From positions 288,001-352,000 of the forward strand of contig CBDBHB010000008.1 in assembly GCA_965205505.1 (NCBI GenBank): a DNA stretch of 64,000 bases. Direction: 5' to 3'. Below, piece after piece: positions 40,677-51,398 of the stretch (positions within the stretch are counted from its first letter, which is position 1; each line of letters starts with the position of its first letter). The translations under genes and the position numbers were made by a program. This DNA comes from Acidobacteriota bacterium. GTDB taxonomy: Bacteria > Acidobacteriota > UBA890 > WLXD01. The notes beneath the pieces are model-generated. The model was not told the origin of the DNA, did not search any database, and saw only the letters and a list, made by a program, of their open reading frames with translations.

Positions 40677-42451
40677 ATGAAACCCGGCACTCGACTAGGC
40701 CACTACGAGATCCTCGCTCCGCTCGGTGTAGGCGGCATGGGCCAGGTGTACCGGCTACCGGGACCATCTACAACCCGTTCTTTTCTCCGGACGGTCAATG
40801 GGTAGGGTTCACGGATAACGGCGAACGGGAGCTGAGAAAGGTACCCGTCGGCGGAGGCTCTCCGGTGACCATTGCGTCGCTGGGAGGGCGTGGCGGCCGA
40901 TGTTCGGCCAGCTGGAGCGCTGACGATTGGATCTTCTATACGCCTGGTCTGCACAGCGCCCTGTTCCGTGTGCCGGCAGCCGGTGGGGATCCCGAGCGGT
41001 TGACCACCCTTGATGCCGCACGAGGTGAGCTCACCCACCGTTTCCCGCAGGCGCTACCGGGCAGCAATGCCGTGTTGTTCACCTCCCACACCGCGCTCAC
41101 GGGGCTCGAGAACGGCAATATCGAGGTACTGGATCTGCAGACAGGGCAAAGGAAGGTACTGCTGCGCGGGGGCTTCGATGCCCGCTACGTACCCACCGGG
41201 CATCTGGTGTACGCGCGGCAGGGAGCCTTGCACGCCGTACCTTTCGACCTGGGACGGCTAGAGGTGCAAGGCTCCGACACACTCATCGTGCAATCGCTCC
41301 GCACGATCGACGCACCGAGACGGTCGGGGCCACCGTTCAGCTTCGCCCAAACGGGAGCGCTCTTTTATCTGAGCGAGGAGAGTGCCGCTCGGCAGTATCC
41401 GGTCGTATGGGTCGATCGCCAGGGCAACGCAACCCCGCTGTGGGATGAACCCGGCCTCTATGGCGATCCAACTCTGTCGCCAGACGGCACACGCTTGGCC
41501 GTCAGACTCATGCGCGACGACAACGTGGATGTGTGGATCTACGACATGGAACGGGATGTTCCGAGCCGGCTGACGTTTGCCGAAGCCATGGATGTTGTTC
41601 CTGTCTGGTCGCCGGACGGGCAGTTTCTCGTCTTCGGCTCGGATCGGAGCGGGCCGCTGAATACGTATCGGATTCGCGCCGACGGCTCGGGACAGGCTGA
41701 GGTGCTGATTGAGGGCGAGCAGAACAACTGGCCGATGTCGTGGTCTGACGACGGCAGGTTCCTCGCCTATGGCACACCGAGTGAGGCTGACCTTGGCGCT
41801 GACGTTTGGGTGCTGCCGGTGAACGGCGGCCGAGAACCGCACGCCCTCCTCAACACCAGCGCCGCCGAGCAGCGGGCCGACCTGTCGCCTAACGGTCGCT
41901 GGATTGCGTACGAATCCAATGAGTCGGGGGAAGTATGGGAGGTTTACGTGCGGCCTTTCCCCGAAGGGCCCGGCAAGTGGCAGCTTTCGAGCACCGGAGG
42001 TGGCCAACCCAAATGGTCAGCCGATGGACGTGAGGTTTTTTACCTCAGCGAGACCGGGGTCATGGCGGTTGCGGTAGAGACGGAGGGCGACTCTTTCAGC
42101 CATGGCCGAGCCGAGCAGCTCTTCGAGGGAACCGCCATCGGTGGGTTTCTCGGGGCACCGCTCGGGGACGCCTACCTTCGCAGCTATGACGTCGCAGCCG
42201 ACGGGCAGCGTTTCGTGATGCTCCCCAACCAGAGCCAGACGAGAAGCGGCAATGTGACGCTGGTCACCAACTGGTTCGAGGAGCTGAAGCGGCTCGTGCC
42301 GACGGCCCCACCCCACCCTGCTCCCGCAGCTAGCGAACGCGCGCGATTCGCTCCTCCGTCGGGAAGCGATGGAATTTCTGGACATCGTGGCCGGGTACGC
42401 CACGATCGGGTGAGCCTGCCAGCTCGATCGGATCGGCGAGTACCAAGTTGA
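40677..42451 (+). pseudogene. Ser/Thr kinase N-terminal stub joined to TolB/PD40 propeller; kinase domain deleted
   Basis: MKPGTRLGHYEILAPLGVGGMGQVYR then directly NPFFSPDGQW and multiple SPDG repeats, ending in NWFEELKRLVP typical of kinase-TolB proteins. Confidence 0.8.
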
Positions 42452-42558
42452 GCGATTCTCTGCGCGGCGAATAGCGTCGGCAGGCCACCCGAAAGCATTG
42501 GTACCCGACTCCGAATCCGGTGGGCTTACGCTCGCGAGGGTTCGAGTCCAGATGACGG

Positions 42559-44514
42559 TCAGCAAGAAACGCAGTTGTGGTTGTTCTCCGCGCCCAGGCT
42601 CTCGAGCAGCGCCAAGGTGGCCGGGAAGGGCTGGATGCGCTGAACAGGGCCGTTCGCCATGTCGGCGGTAGTCTGGCCCTTGCGACTCACGGCGGCGACG
42701 TCGGCGCCGTGCGACACGAGATAGCGCACCATGTCCAGGTCGCCGCGCGCCGCCGCATGGTGCAGTGGCGTGTAGGCGTTATGGTCGCGCGCGTTGATGT
42801 CGGCCCCCATCTCTTCGATCAGATACTTCACCGCCGCCATCCAGCCGTCCGGTACGTGGCGGTGTTGGTTAGCGGCGAACCCCTCGCCGTAGCCGATACC
42901 GGAAGCTGCGTGGATCGGATAGGCCGCCGGCCCGCCGATCTCGACCGGCTGCAGCCCGGAGTGGTCCTCCTCGTCTCCCTGCGGCCGGCGGTTGCCGCCG
43001 CGGCGGCGGCGCCCCGGTAACTTGCGCGTCGGGGTGCTCGGGTCGGCGCCGTGAGCCACCAGGAGCTTCATCGCGTCGACGTCGGTGGCGTAGGCGGCCC
43101 GCCAGAACGGCGTGGCGCCGGTCGTGTCCGTCAGCAGATCGAAGTTGAAGCCGCCGTACCACAAGTGCTTCTTCAGCCGCACGTTAGGGTCGGCCCCGGC
43201 GGTCAGCAACGCTTCCATCAGCTCCAGGTAGGTGGCCTGCTGCTGCTTGGCCGCATTCTGCGGCGGGTAGGACGACTTCTGTATCCAGCGCGCGTTGAGC
43301 GCCAGGTAAAGCGGCGTAGCACCGTTCTCGCTCGCCAGCTGGGGATTCGCACCGGCCTCCAACAGGATCAGCGCCAGATCGAAGTGACCGTTCAAGATAG
43401 AGATCAGCAACGAGCTGGTCTGGTCCCCGTCGCTCACCTGGTTGATATCCGCCCCGGCCTCGAGCAACGCCAGTACCGTATCTGTGTAGCCCTCGCGAGC
43501 GGCGTAATGCAGCGCGGTCAACCCTCCGTGAGCGAACACGAGGTCGAAGAAGGATGGCCGCTCCGCGGGCTCCTTCTTACCTTCCTCTTCTTCGGACTCG
43601 CCTTCGCCCTCACCCTCGCTTTCGGCTCCCTCCTTGGGCTCCCCACCTTGGACAGTTTCCTCGCCTTCGACGGCCTCCTCGCCTTGGACAGTTTCCTCGC
43701 CCTCGGCGGTCCCGTCACCCTCCGCAGTCTCCTCCTCCTCGGCGCTCTCCTCCCTCGTTTCTTCGCTCTCTTCGCCCTCCTCAGCTTCCTCGCTCTCCTT
43801 GGCTTCGGCTGCTGCCTGCTCCTCCTCCTCGAGGGCGCGGAGCGCGGCTTTCTGCCGGGCTCGGCGACGCACCTCGTCGCGGTCCCACCCACCGCGCTCG
43901 ACGATATCGACGACCGAGCTCGTCACCGCAGGGTCAGCGCCGCCCTGCAACAACAGGTTCACCGCGGCGACCCGACCCGTGGCCGCCGCGAACATCAGCG
44001 GAGTCTGCCTCCAGGCGGCCTCGCCGGCGTCGATGTCGGCGCCATGATGGAGCAAGAGCGCGATGGCCTCGGTGTTGCCGATCTCGGCGGCGAAGTGGAG
44101 GGGGCGTGCCCCCCCAGCGGCCGTCGGCGCGTTGGGGTCGGCGCCGGCCTCCAGCAACGTCGCCATCACCGTCACGCTGCCCGCACGGCTGGCGAGATGG
44201 AGGGGCTCATAGTTGCCGTTTCGCGTCCCCGCCTTCAGGTTGGCACCGGCGTAGACGAGCATCTCGGCGAGCTCGTCCGCGTCGTTGAGGGCTGCCCAGT
44301 GGAGGGCCGTCATCCCATCTGCCTGTGCAGCGTTGACGTCTGCTCCGCTCCTCAGCAGGGAGCGAGCGGTCTCCGTGTCGCCGCGCATGGCGGCGTCGGC
44401 AACGAGCGAGTCCTCGGGGCTCGCTCGCAGCAGGGTCGGCGCCCCGAGGGCCAGCAGCAGGACGAGGCACCAAATGCGGGCGTCAGTGGCGGCCGTTCGT
44501 ACGGATCGCGACAT
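42559..44514 (-). CDS. Secreted ankyrin-repeat protein with Glu-rich insertion
   Basis: GMTALHWA, PLHLAS, TPLMFAA, TALHYAA, TPLHHAA; C-terminal NNHNCVSC. Confidence 0.92.
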   Translation of the reverse strand: MSRSVRTAATDARIWCLVLLLALGAPTLLRASPEDSLVADAAMRGDTETARSLLRSGADVNAAQADGMTALHWAALNDADELAEMLVYAGANLKAGTRNGNYEPLHLASRAGSVTVMATLLEAGADPNAPTAAGGARPLHFAAEIGNTEAIALLLHHGADIDAGEAAWRQTPLMFAAATGRVAAVNLLLQGGADPAVTSSVVDIVERGGWDRDEVRRRARQKAALRALEEEEQAAAEAKESEEAEEGEESEETREESAEEEETAEGDGTAEGEETVQGEEAVEGEETVQGGEPKEGAESEGEGEGESEEEEGKKEPAERPSFFDLVFAHGGLTALHYAAREGYTDTVLALLEAGADINQVSDGDQTSSLLISILNGHFDLALILLEAGANPQLASENGATPLYLALNARWIQKSSYPPQNAAKQQQATYLELMEALLTAGADPNVRLKKHLWYGGFNFDLLTDTTGATPFWRAAYATDVDAMKLLVAHGADPSTPTRKLPGRRRRGGNRRPQGDEEDHSGLQPVEIGGPAAYPIHAASGIGYGEGFAANQHRHVPDGWMAAVKYLIEEMGADINARDHNAYTPLHHAAARGDLDMVRYLVSHGADVAAVSRKGQTTADMANGPVQRIQPFPATLALLESLGAENNHNCVSC

Positions 44515-44549
44515 CGTCCCTCGTTCCTCCTTCGAGCTGGTGAGGACGC

Positions 44550-45935
44550 TCAGCCGCTCAACGCGAACGGCGCGGAGCTGTTCCCGAAGCTCCGCATGTC
44601 GTCGAGCCCGAGGGCGTGCAGCAGGCTGAGTATGACGTTGGCCATGGGAGTTCCATCCGGAGCCCGCAGGTGCAGGTTCCCTTCGAGACGACCCTTCGCG
44701 CCGCCGACGATGAAGAGCGGGCACCGCTTGTGGTTGTGGACGTTGGGATCTCCCATCGGAGAGCCGTAGATGACCATGCTCTTGTCCAGCAGGGTCGCGT
44801 CACCCTCCGTCAGGCTTTGCAGCTTCTCGAGCAGGTACGGGATCAGGCTGAGGTGGTAGCGGTTGATCAGCGCAAAGTCGTCGATGTTCTTCTCCACGCC
44901 GCCGTGATGGGAGGCCGGGTGAAACGGCTTGTTCACGCCGCTCGAGGGATAGACCCTCCCCGAGACATCCCGCCCCAGCTTGAACGAGAACGTACGCGTG
45001 ATATCGGCGGCGAAGGCTAGCGCCTGCAGATCGAACATCAGCCGGACGTGATCGCCGAAGGAGTCGGGCACCCCGGCCGGAGCTTCGGGGAGTTGCCGCA
45101 GCTCGCCGCTGGTGTTGTGCTCCTCGATCTTCTGGATGCGCCGCTCGACCTCACGAATGTTGTCCAGGTAGCGGTCCAGTCGGCGGCGGTCCTCGGGTCC
45201 GACCTCCGCCCTCAGGTAAGCGGCTTCACGTGCGATCCAGTCCAGGATGCTGGCCTTGCTGCGCCGCCGGGCGGCGCGTTCCTCCGGCGTTCCTCCGGCG
45301 CCGAACAGTCGATCAAACACCGTCCGCGGGTCCCGGATCATCGGCAGCGGCTCGGTCGGAGAAGCCCAGCTGATGGTGTCGGAGTAGACGCAGGCGTATC
45401 CGTAGGTGCAGGAGCCCGCCTGATCGACGTTCTCGACGCACAGTTGCATCGCGGGGACCGGCGTGTCCTGGCCAAAGCGCTGCGCGTACAGTTGGTCGAG
45501 CGAGGTGCCGACCTCGACGTCAGATCCTTCGGTCTGGCGCGGGTGAGCTTGGGTCAGGAAACAAGCGCTCGAGCGATAGTGGTCGCCGCCGATCTCTTTG
45601 GGTATGATCGCTTCCGCCGGCTCGACGTCGGTATTGCTGACGATCGTCAGCTGGTCGCGGAAAGGCTCCAGCGATCGCAACGCGCTGGAGCTCAGGTCGA
45701 ACTCCCGGCCTTCCTCTGCCGGCGACCAGTAGTTCTTGGTGGCGCCGTACTCGGTGCTCCCGGCAGCACCGTGGACCATCTCGAGGCAGATCAGGCGGAC
45801 CGGATCGAGATCCTTCGAAACCTTGGCCCAGACGGTTCCCGCCGGAACCATTGAGTCCAGGAACGGCAACGCCACCGTCGCTCCGACCCCCCGCAGGACA
45901 GTGCGCCGCGGAATCCGCTTTCCGGTGATGTACAT
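44550..45935 (-). CDS. DUF1552 domain protein (Tat-like signal)
   Basis: PRRTVLRGVGATVALPFLDSM, GGDH, SLDQ, HPASHH, TLLD, GNLH. Confidence 0.88.
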   Translation of the reverse strand: MYITGKRIPRRTVLRGVGATVALPFLDSMVPAGTVWAKVSKDLDPVRLICLEMVHGAAGSTEYGATKNYWSPAEEGREFDLSSSALRSLEPFRDQLTIVSNTDVEPAEAIIPKEIGGDHYRSSACFLTQAHPRQTEGSDVEVGTSLDQLYAQRFGQDTPVPAMQLCVENVDQAGSCTYGYACVYSDTISWASPTEPLPMIRDPRTVFDRLFGAGGTPEERAARRRSKASILDWIAREAAYLRAEVGPEDRRRLDRYLDNIREVERRIQKIEEHNTSGELRQLPEAPAGVPDSFGDHVRLMFDLQALAFAADITRTFSFKLGRDVSGRVYPSSGVNKPFHPASHHGGVEKNIDDFALINRYHLSLIPYLLEKLQSLTEGDATLLDKSMVIYGSPMGDPNVHNHKRCPLFIVGGAKGRLEGNLHLRAPDGTPMANVILSLLHALGLDDMRSFGNSSAPFALSG

Positions 45936-45954
45936 CAGTCCTCCTCGAAGCTGT

Positions 45955-48411
45955 TCATCGACTCCCGCGACGCGGATCGTCAACCGTCGAGTCGCCTCGG
46001 CGAAGCTGTTCGTTGCTCTGGAACGCGACGCTCTTCACCACCCCCAACACCAGAGATGACAAGCGGTTTCCGTCGCTAGCCGCGTCTCGGACGATCCTGC
46101 GAACTGCCGGCATATCAGCGTACTCCACGCGCCTACCCAAGCCATAGGCCATCAGGTTTTCCGTGAAGCTCGTGATCAGGGCGTCGGAGTACTGCAGCAA
46201 CGCCTGCCGCAGATCCTCGGGACCATTGATGGAGCTGCCATCATAGAGCTGACCCGCCGCGTCGACGATGGCCCAGTTGTCCTTGATACGCCAGGCCCCG
46301 GTGACGTCGAAGTTCTCCAGCGCCAGGCCAATCGGATCGATGACGCGGTGGCAGGAGGCGCACGCGGGGTCGCGGCGATGCCGCTCCATCCGCTCACTCA
46401 CCTTGAGGAAGCGGCCATCGGCCGCCTCGTCGGTCTCCTCCAGGGCGGGCACGTTGGGAGGAGGAGGCGGCGGCGGGCTCCCCAGCAGCACCTCCATCAC
46501 CCATTTGCCGCGCAGCACCGGCGAGGTGCGGTTGCCGTGCGAGGTCAGTGTCAGCACGCTTCCATGGCCCAAGATGCCCCGGCGCTCGCTGCTTACCAGG
46601 GGTACACGGCGAAACTGATCCCCGATTACTCCCGGTATGCCGTAGTGCTCGGCCAGGGCCTCGTTGACGAAGGTGTAGTCGGCCGTTAGCAACTCCAGGA
46701 TGCTGCGCTCCTCCTGGAGCAGGCTGTGGAAGAGCAGCTCGGTCTCGCGGCGCATCGCGTCGGCCAGCTGCTGATCGTAGTCCGGGAACATCAGGGAGTC
46801 CGGGTGCACCCGGTCCTGCGCCGACAAACGCAGCCACTGCGCCGCGAAACGGGTGGCGAGGGCCTCGGCACGAGGATCGGCGAGCATCCGGCGGACCTGA
46901 CGCTCGAGTATCGCGGGATCGGAGAGCTGCCCCTCGCGGGCCAGGCCGCTGAGCTCGTCATCCGGCGGAGATGCCCAGAGGAAGAAGGAGAGGCGGGTCG
47001 CCAAGGCGATGTCGCTGATCCTCGTGCCACCAAGGCTGCCGGCGTCGCCCTGCTCCGCCGGCTCTTCGATCCGGAAGACGAAGTGCAGGCTCGCCAGGAT
47101 CGCCTCCAGAGCGGAGCGGATCCCGACCTCGAAGCCTCCCTCGGCGGCCCCCATCTCGTAGAAGGACATCAGTGGCTCGAGATCCCTGTCGGTCAGCGGC
47201 CGCCGGTACGCATCGGCTGCGAGCCGGCCGATGATCTCCTGCGCGCAGGCGGCCTCTTCGTCGGGCACGGTCGGCCGGCAGCTGAAGATGCGCTCGCGGA
47301 TCGCGTTGGCAGAGATGCCGGTCGCGTTGTAAGGCCCCGCCACCGACAGGACTCGCAGGTGGGGTAGCGAGGTAAGTCCAAACACCAGGCCGGTGTCCTT
47401 GTCGGCCAGGCTCCATCTGTGCGGCGAGAGCACATCGGCCACCGGTCCCTCGAACTTGCGGACGAACGCCGCCGTGAGGCGCCGCGGCCCACCTCGGATG
47501 ACGATCGGGGCCGTCTTGATGCTCTCGTTGTCTGCGTCCATCCTGCGATCGATGTTCAGCAACGCCACCCGCTCCCCGTCGACCGAGATCTCGATCTGCT
47601 CGTCGTGGTAGGTGGTCTTGCCGAAGATGAAGGCGACCGGCGCGTCCTGGAAGGCCAGCGTGAAGACGTACTCCCCGTCGGCTGGAAAGTTGTGGATGAC
47701 CGAGAGCCCGCCGCGCGTGCCGAACGGAGCGCCTTCGACCCGCTCGGCCTGAGACACATACCGCAGAAGCCTGTAGTTGGTCTCGCCGGCGCTCGCCGTC
47801 GGGTCGCCGACCGCCAGCCTGCTGATCTCGCTGGCGGCGCTGAGATAGCCCTCCATCACCGTGGTCGAAACGCTCTGGACGTCGGCGATGTTGTCGAACC
47901 CGGCGCTCATCGTGTCCGGGGCCAGGTAGACGGTCGCATCGATCTCGATCCCCAACAGGGCGTGCACGGAGCGCTCGTACTCGGTTCGGTTGAGCCTCTG
48001 GAAGGTCCGACCGCCAGGGCGCGGGCTGGTATCGCTGGCCGTGTCGAGGCGTGACGACAGCGCCGCTGTCAGCGCGTTCACGCTGTCGTGATCGGGCCGT
48101 CGCGACAGCGGTGGCGGCATCATTCCGGCCTGCAGCTTGCGAATGATCTTCTCCGCCAACTCCCGGCTCTCGGCGGCGGCCGTAACGTCAAACCCCTCCA
48201 GCGTCAGGCCGCCACGCAGGGTGTCGTCGTTGTGGCAGCGAATACAGTAGCGACCGATCACGACGTTGTGCGCGGAGGCACTCGGATCCGCCGCTGCCTG
48301 CGTCGAGAGCTCGATAGGGCGCCTGTAAGCACTGACAGCCGAGCCCGTTCGCGCCGCCAAGGTGAGGCACAGAAGTCCGGCCACAAGGGCGAGTAACTTG
48401 GAGCCTCGCAT
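45955..48411 (-). CDS. DUF1587/1595/1592/1588/1585 cytochrome c-type protein
   Basis: CIRCH and CASCH heme motifs, MPP, RLNRTEY, GFDN, LATRLSFFLW, TSPVLRGKW. Confidence 0.9.
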   Translation of the reverse strand: MRGSKLLALVAGLLCLTLAARTGSAVSAYRRPIELSTQAAADPSASAHNVVIGRYCIRCHNDDTLRGGLTLEGFDVTAAAESRELAEKIIRKLQAGMMPPPLSRRPDHDSVNALTAALSSRLDTASDTSPRPGGRTFQRLNRTEYERSVHALLGIEIDATVYLAPDTMSAGFDNIADVQSVSTTVMEGYLSAASEISRLAVGDPTASAGETNYRLLRYVSQAERVEGAPFGTRGGLSVIHNFPADGEYVFTLAFQDAPVAFIFGKTTYHDEQIEISVDGERVALLNIDRRMDADNESIKTAPIVIRGGPRRLTAAFVRKFEGPVADVLSPHRWSLADKDTGLVFGLTSLPHLRVLSVAGPYNATGISANAIRERIFSCRPTVPDEEAACAQEIIGRLAADAYRRPLTDRDLEPLMSFYEMGAAEGGFEVGIRSALEAILASLHFVFRIEEPAEQGDAGSLGGTRISDIALATRLSFFLWASPPDDELSGLAREGQLSDPAILERQVRRMLADPRAEALATRFAAQWLRLSAQDRVHPDSLMFPDYDQQLADAMRRETELLFHSLLQEERSILELLTADYTFVNEALAEHYGIPGVIGDQFRRVPLVSSERRGILGHGSVLTLTSHGNRTSPVLRGKWVMEVLLGSPPPPPPPNVPALEETDEAADGRFLKVSERMERHRRDPACASCHRVIDPIGLALENFDVTGAWRIKDNWAIVDAAGQLYDGSSINGPEDLRQALLQYSDALITSFTENLMAYGLGRRVEYADMPAVRRIVRDAASDGNRLSSLVLGVVKSVAFQSNEQLRRGDSTVDDPRRGSR

Positions 48412-48432
48412 CGTTCTTCTCCACCCTGCACG

Positions 48433-48478
48433 AGCGACCTGGTACGGCACACAAGCGACCTGGTACGGCCAGATTATA
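48433..48478 (-). promoter_or_regulatory. TATAAT -10 box followed by a 16-bp direct repeat
   Basis: AGCGACCTGGTACGGC at 48433 and 48454 (21-bp period); minus-strand TATAAT at 48473-48478. Confidence 0.5.
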
Positions 48479-48541
48479 CCGTGGGAGCGGGCGCAGACGA
48501 TGAGCTGGGCAACCCGACGTGCGCGAACTCGATCGGAGCGG

Positions 48542-49390
48542 TTACTCGTTGGTGCTGGTCTCGCCGACCATTCGCAGGATCGCCTCGACGGTCTCGTTGA
48601 CGCGAATGTCGACCAGCTCTCGTCCGTGCGCGATCGCCCGCTCTTTGGGCATGATGCTGATGCCGTTGATGGAGGCTTTGTTGGCGGCGACGCGCTGGTC
48701 GTAGCGCACGGCCTGGGGGTCGACGGTCATGATGATCGAAGTAACGCTGTAGTCATCGTGGATCCCTTCCGGCACTTCTGCCTTGCCAGCGACCTGCTCG
48801 ACCGCTGCTTCCGCCACATACCAGCTGTCGTAGTACTCGCGCACGAAATGAATGGCGGTCTCGCCACCGTTCCAGGCGTCGGTCAGCTCTTCGGCAACTT
48901 CCTCGAGGCCGCGCTGGTTGCCGCCGCTGTCGCCGATCAAGATGATGTTGCGGAAGCCCTGGTGCTTCAGACTCGTAGCCACGTCGGCCAGGATCGCCTT
49001 GTAGGTCTCCATGCGCACCCGGATCGAGCCTGGATAGCGGGGGTTTTCCGGATCGCCGGGCTCATAGCGCACGGTCGGGGCGATCAGGGCGTTGCCCAGC
49101 TTGCGTGCGATGGGTTCCGCCGTTGCGCGCAGTACGTAGTCATGCTTGGCGGCCAGTACGTAAGGACCGTTCTGTTCGAGGCTTCCGGCAGCCACGATGA
49201 CCGTTGTCTTGCCGTCGGCAATCGCATCGCGCACTTCCATCCACGTCATTTCTTCGATCCACACGGTGTCGAGCGCGTCGATCGGTCGGGGCGTGTTGAC
49301 GTCCAGCCGCCGACGCCCTCCATCTTGCGCCATGAGCGGCGCCGCTATGGCGAGGACCAGGACCACGGCGAGCACACTTGAATCTCTCAT
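48542..49390 (-). CDS. Creatininase family protein with signal peptide
   Basis: EEMTWMEV, GSLEQNGP, PGSI, GDSGGN, GIHD. Confidence 0.88.
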   Translation of the reverse strand: MRDSSVLAVVLVLAIAAPLMAQDGGRRRLDVNTPRPIDALDTVWIEEMTWMEVRDAIADGKTTVIVAAGSLEQNGPYVLAAKHDYVLRATAEPIARKLGNALIAPTVRYEPGDPENPRYPGSIRVRMETYKAILADVATSLKHQGFRNIILIGDSGGNQRGLEEVAEELTDAWNGGETAIHFVREYYDSWYVAEAAVEQVAGKAEVPEGIHDDYSVTSIIMTVDPQAVRYDQRVAANKASINGISIMPKERAIAHGRELVDIRVNETVEAILRMVGETSTNE

Positions 49391-49655
49391 CAGTCGAAAC
49401 CTCCCGGTGGCGCAGTCATGCGGCCCAGACGGCGGCTCACTGGCTGCAATGCGATATCGCAAGACTGTACTCATCGGTGACGCCGAGCGACAGGCGTTCT
49501 GTGGATCCGTTCAGCGTGTTTGCGGCCTTCGTCGGGCTCAACAACTCGCTCTGGGCCCCGCTGCCCATGCCCATGAAGTAAGTTCCTATACTTGTTACAG
49601 CTTTCTTGATCGGGCCCGCCTTCCGAGTGCAGGTCTCGAGACAGGACCGGAACGA

Positions 49656-51062
49656 ATGACCGAACTGGGTAGCTTCGATACCGGCATCATCTTCGTCTAC
49701 TTTCTACTGCTGCTTGGCATCGGTTTCTATGTCAACCGTCGGCAAGAGAGCGTCGAAGACTATTTCATTGGCGGCGGCAGAACAGGCACCTTCTCCATCG
49801 CCTGCCTGTGGGTTGCCTCTTGGGTAGGTGGCGCAGCCATCGTTGGCGGTACGGCCAAGGCTTTCGAGGTCGGCATCTCTTCAGGCTGGTACACGATGTC
49901 GATGTTTGTCGGTTGCCTGCTGTTCGGATTGTTCTTCGCCAAACGGGTAAAGCGCGCCGGCCTACAGGAGAAGATGCTGACGTATCCCGACTTCATCGAA
50001 TCGCGATATGACAGCCGCACACGAATCGTCGCAACGATCACGACCGTCGTCGCATACATTGCGTTTGCCGCGGGGCAGCTGGCGGCAGCCGCAGCGATCC
50101 TCCAAACCCTACTGGGTTGGGATTACACCGCTACCTTGCTGCTGGCCAGTAGCATCATCGTGGTGTACACGGCCACCGGCGGGTTTCTCGCCGTTACCTA
50201 CACCGACTGGGTACAGCTCCTGTTGCTGTACGTCGGCGTGGTGTTCATCGGCATCCCGGTAGCCATCAGCAAAGGGGGCACCTGGGCGGCGTTCACGACG
50301 GGTCTGCCTGATGTCTACTTCGATCTTGGTGGCTGGGGATGGCCAACGATTCTCGCCATGGCTGTTTCGATTCCCCTGAGCTTTTTTGTGGCCATGGACA
50401 GCTACACGCGGACCTTCTCCGCGAGAAGCGAAGAGACCGCACGTCGCGGCGCCCTACTTGCCGCGGCCTTCCTCGTGCCGTTTGCCTTCGCCGCAGTCTG
50501 GCTCGGCATGACTTCTGCCATCCTTTATCCGGGCGCGGAGAGCAGCGGCATCCTCTCCACCTTCATCCTGCAGGAGTTCCCGACGGGGCTGAAGGGCCTG
50601 GCGCTCGTCGGGATTCTCGCTGCGCTGATGTCGACCGCCGACATCTGCATTCTTACTGCATCGGCGAATATCACCTGCGATGTTTACAAGCGGTACGTGA
50701 ATCCGGAGATCGCCCCGACCAAGCTGCTCCGTATGAGCATGGGCGCGTCGCTTGTCATCGGCACTCTGGCCGTTCTGATGGCCTGGGGCATGCGAGACGT
50801 CATCGACATCTTGTTGCTCGCCTTCACGGTCAATTCTGCCGGCCTATTCATTCCGACCCTGGCGATGGTGTACATGTCTGGCGTCAGCAAAGGCGCCGCC
50901 TTCTGGAGCATCACGCTGTCTCTGACTACGGTGCTGACTCTGTATATCGGTTCGTTTCTCAGCGACCTCGGTGTGTTTTCCATCGACCCGCTATGGCCGG
51001 GGCTCGCGGTCTCAATCGTCGTGTTCGTTGCAATGAACATGAAAGAGATGAAGTCTGCATGA
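49656..51062 (+). CDS. Sodium:solute symporter
   Basis: EDYFIGG, ASWVGG, YTATGGFLAVTYTD, LAALMSTAD; about 13 TM. Confidence 0.92.
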   Translation: MTELGSFDTGIIFVYFLLLLGIGFYVNRRQESVEDYFIGGGRTGTFSIACLWVASWVGGAAIVGGTAKAFEVGISSGWYTMSMFVGCLLFGLFFAKRVKRAGLQEKMLTYPDFIESRYDSRTRIVATITTVVAYIAFAAGQLAAAAAILQTLLGWDYTATLLLASSIIVVYTATGGFLAVTYTDWVQLLLLYVGVVFIGIPVAISKGGTWAAFTTGLPDVYFDLGGWGWPTILAMAVSIPLSFFVAMDSYTRTFSARSEETARRGALLAAAFLVPFAFAAVWLGMTSAILYPGAESSGILSTFILQEFPTGLKGLALVGILAALMSTADICILTASANITCDVYKRYVNPEIAPTKLLRMSMGASLVIGTLAVLMAWGMRDVIDILLLAFTVNSAGLFIPTLAMVYMSGVSKGAAFWSITLSLTTVLTLYIGSFLSDLGVFSIDPLWPGLAVSIVVFVAMNMKEMKSA

Positions 51063-51184
51063 CGGGCTAGCCACGCGCCGCGTCACGGCAGTCGAACGAA
51101 TTGCTCAGGAGTGTCTCGAGGCCGTCCCGCAGAGCGGGGTTGCAGTAGTGCTCCTGATCATAAGTACGGTGACGTTTGTGGCGC

Positions 51185-51290
51185 GCGCGACCGGGGCGAA
51201 TTGTAGGAGCGGCGACGAGGGCGATGCTGGGTGTATCGTCGAGGCGCCGCGACGCCCAAGGTGGCCGGTCCCGCGGCCACCCGGAGGGCA
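51185..51290 (+). repeat. Degenerate internal module of the MITE-like family
   Basis: GCGACGAGGGCGATGCTGGGTGTATCGTCGAGG...ACGCCCAAGGTGGCC resembles the reverse complement of about 52105-52165. Confidence 0.5.
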
Positions 51291-51398
51291 GGAGCGATAG
51301 GCTTCAGGCGCTCACCCAACCCCCTCTGGAGTGCGTAGAGCACTCAGGAAAACGGGGCACCGCGAACGACGGGGAATGGGAACCCGGAGGAGCAACCG

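Noticed and set aside
43051-44769. 572-aa plus-strand ORF and similar long antisense ORFs
   Set aside because: Shadow frames of real genes in high-GC DNA, with no motifs
3464-51062. Single creatinine degradation pathway (hydantoinase, creatininase, symporter)
   Set aside because: Genes are over 40 kb apart and the families are broad; substrates cannot be inferred
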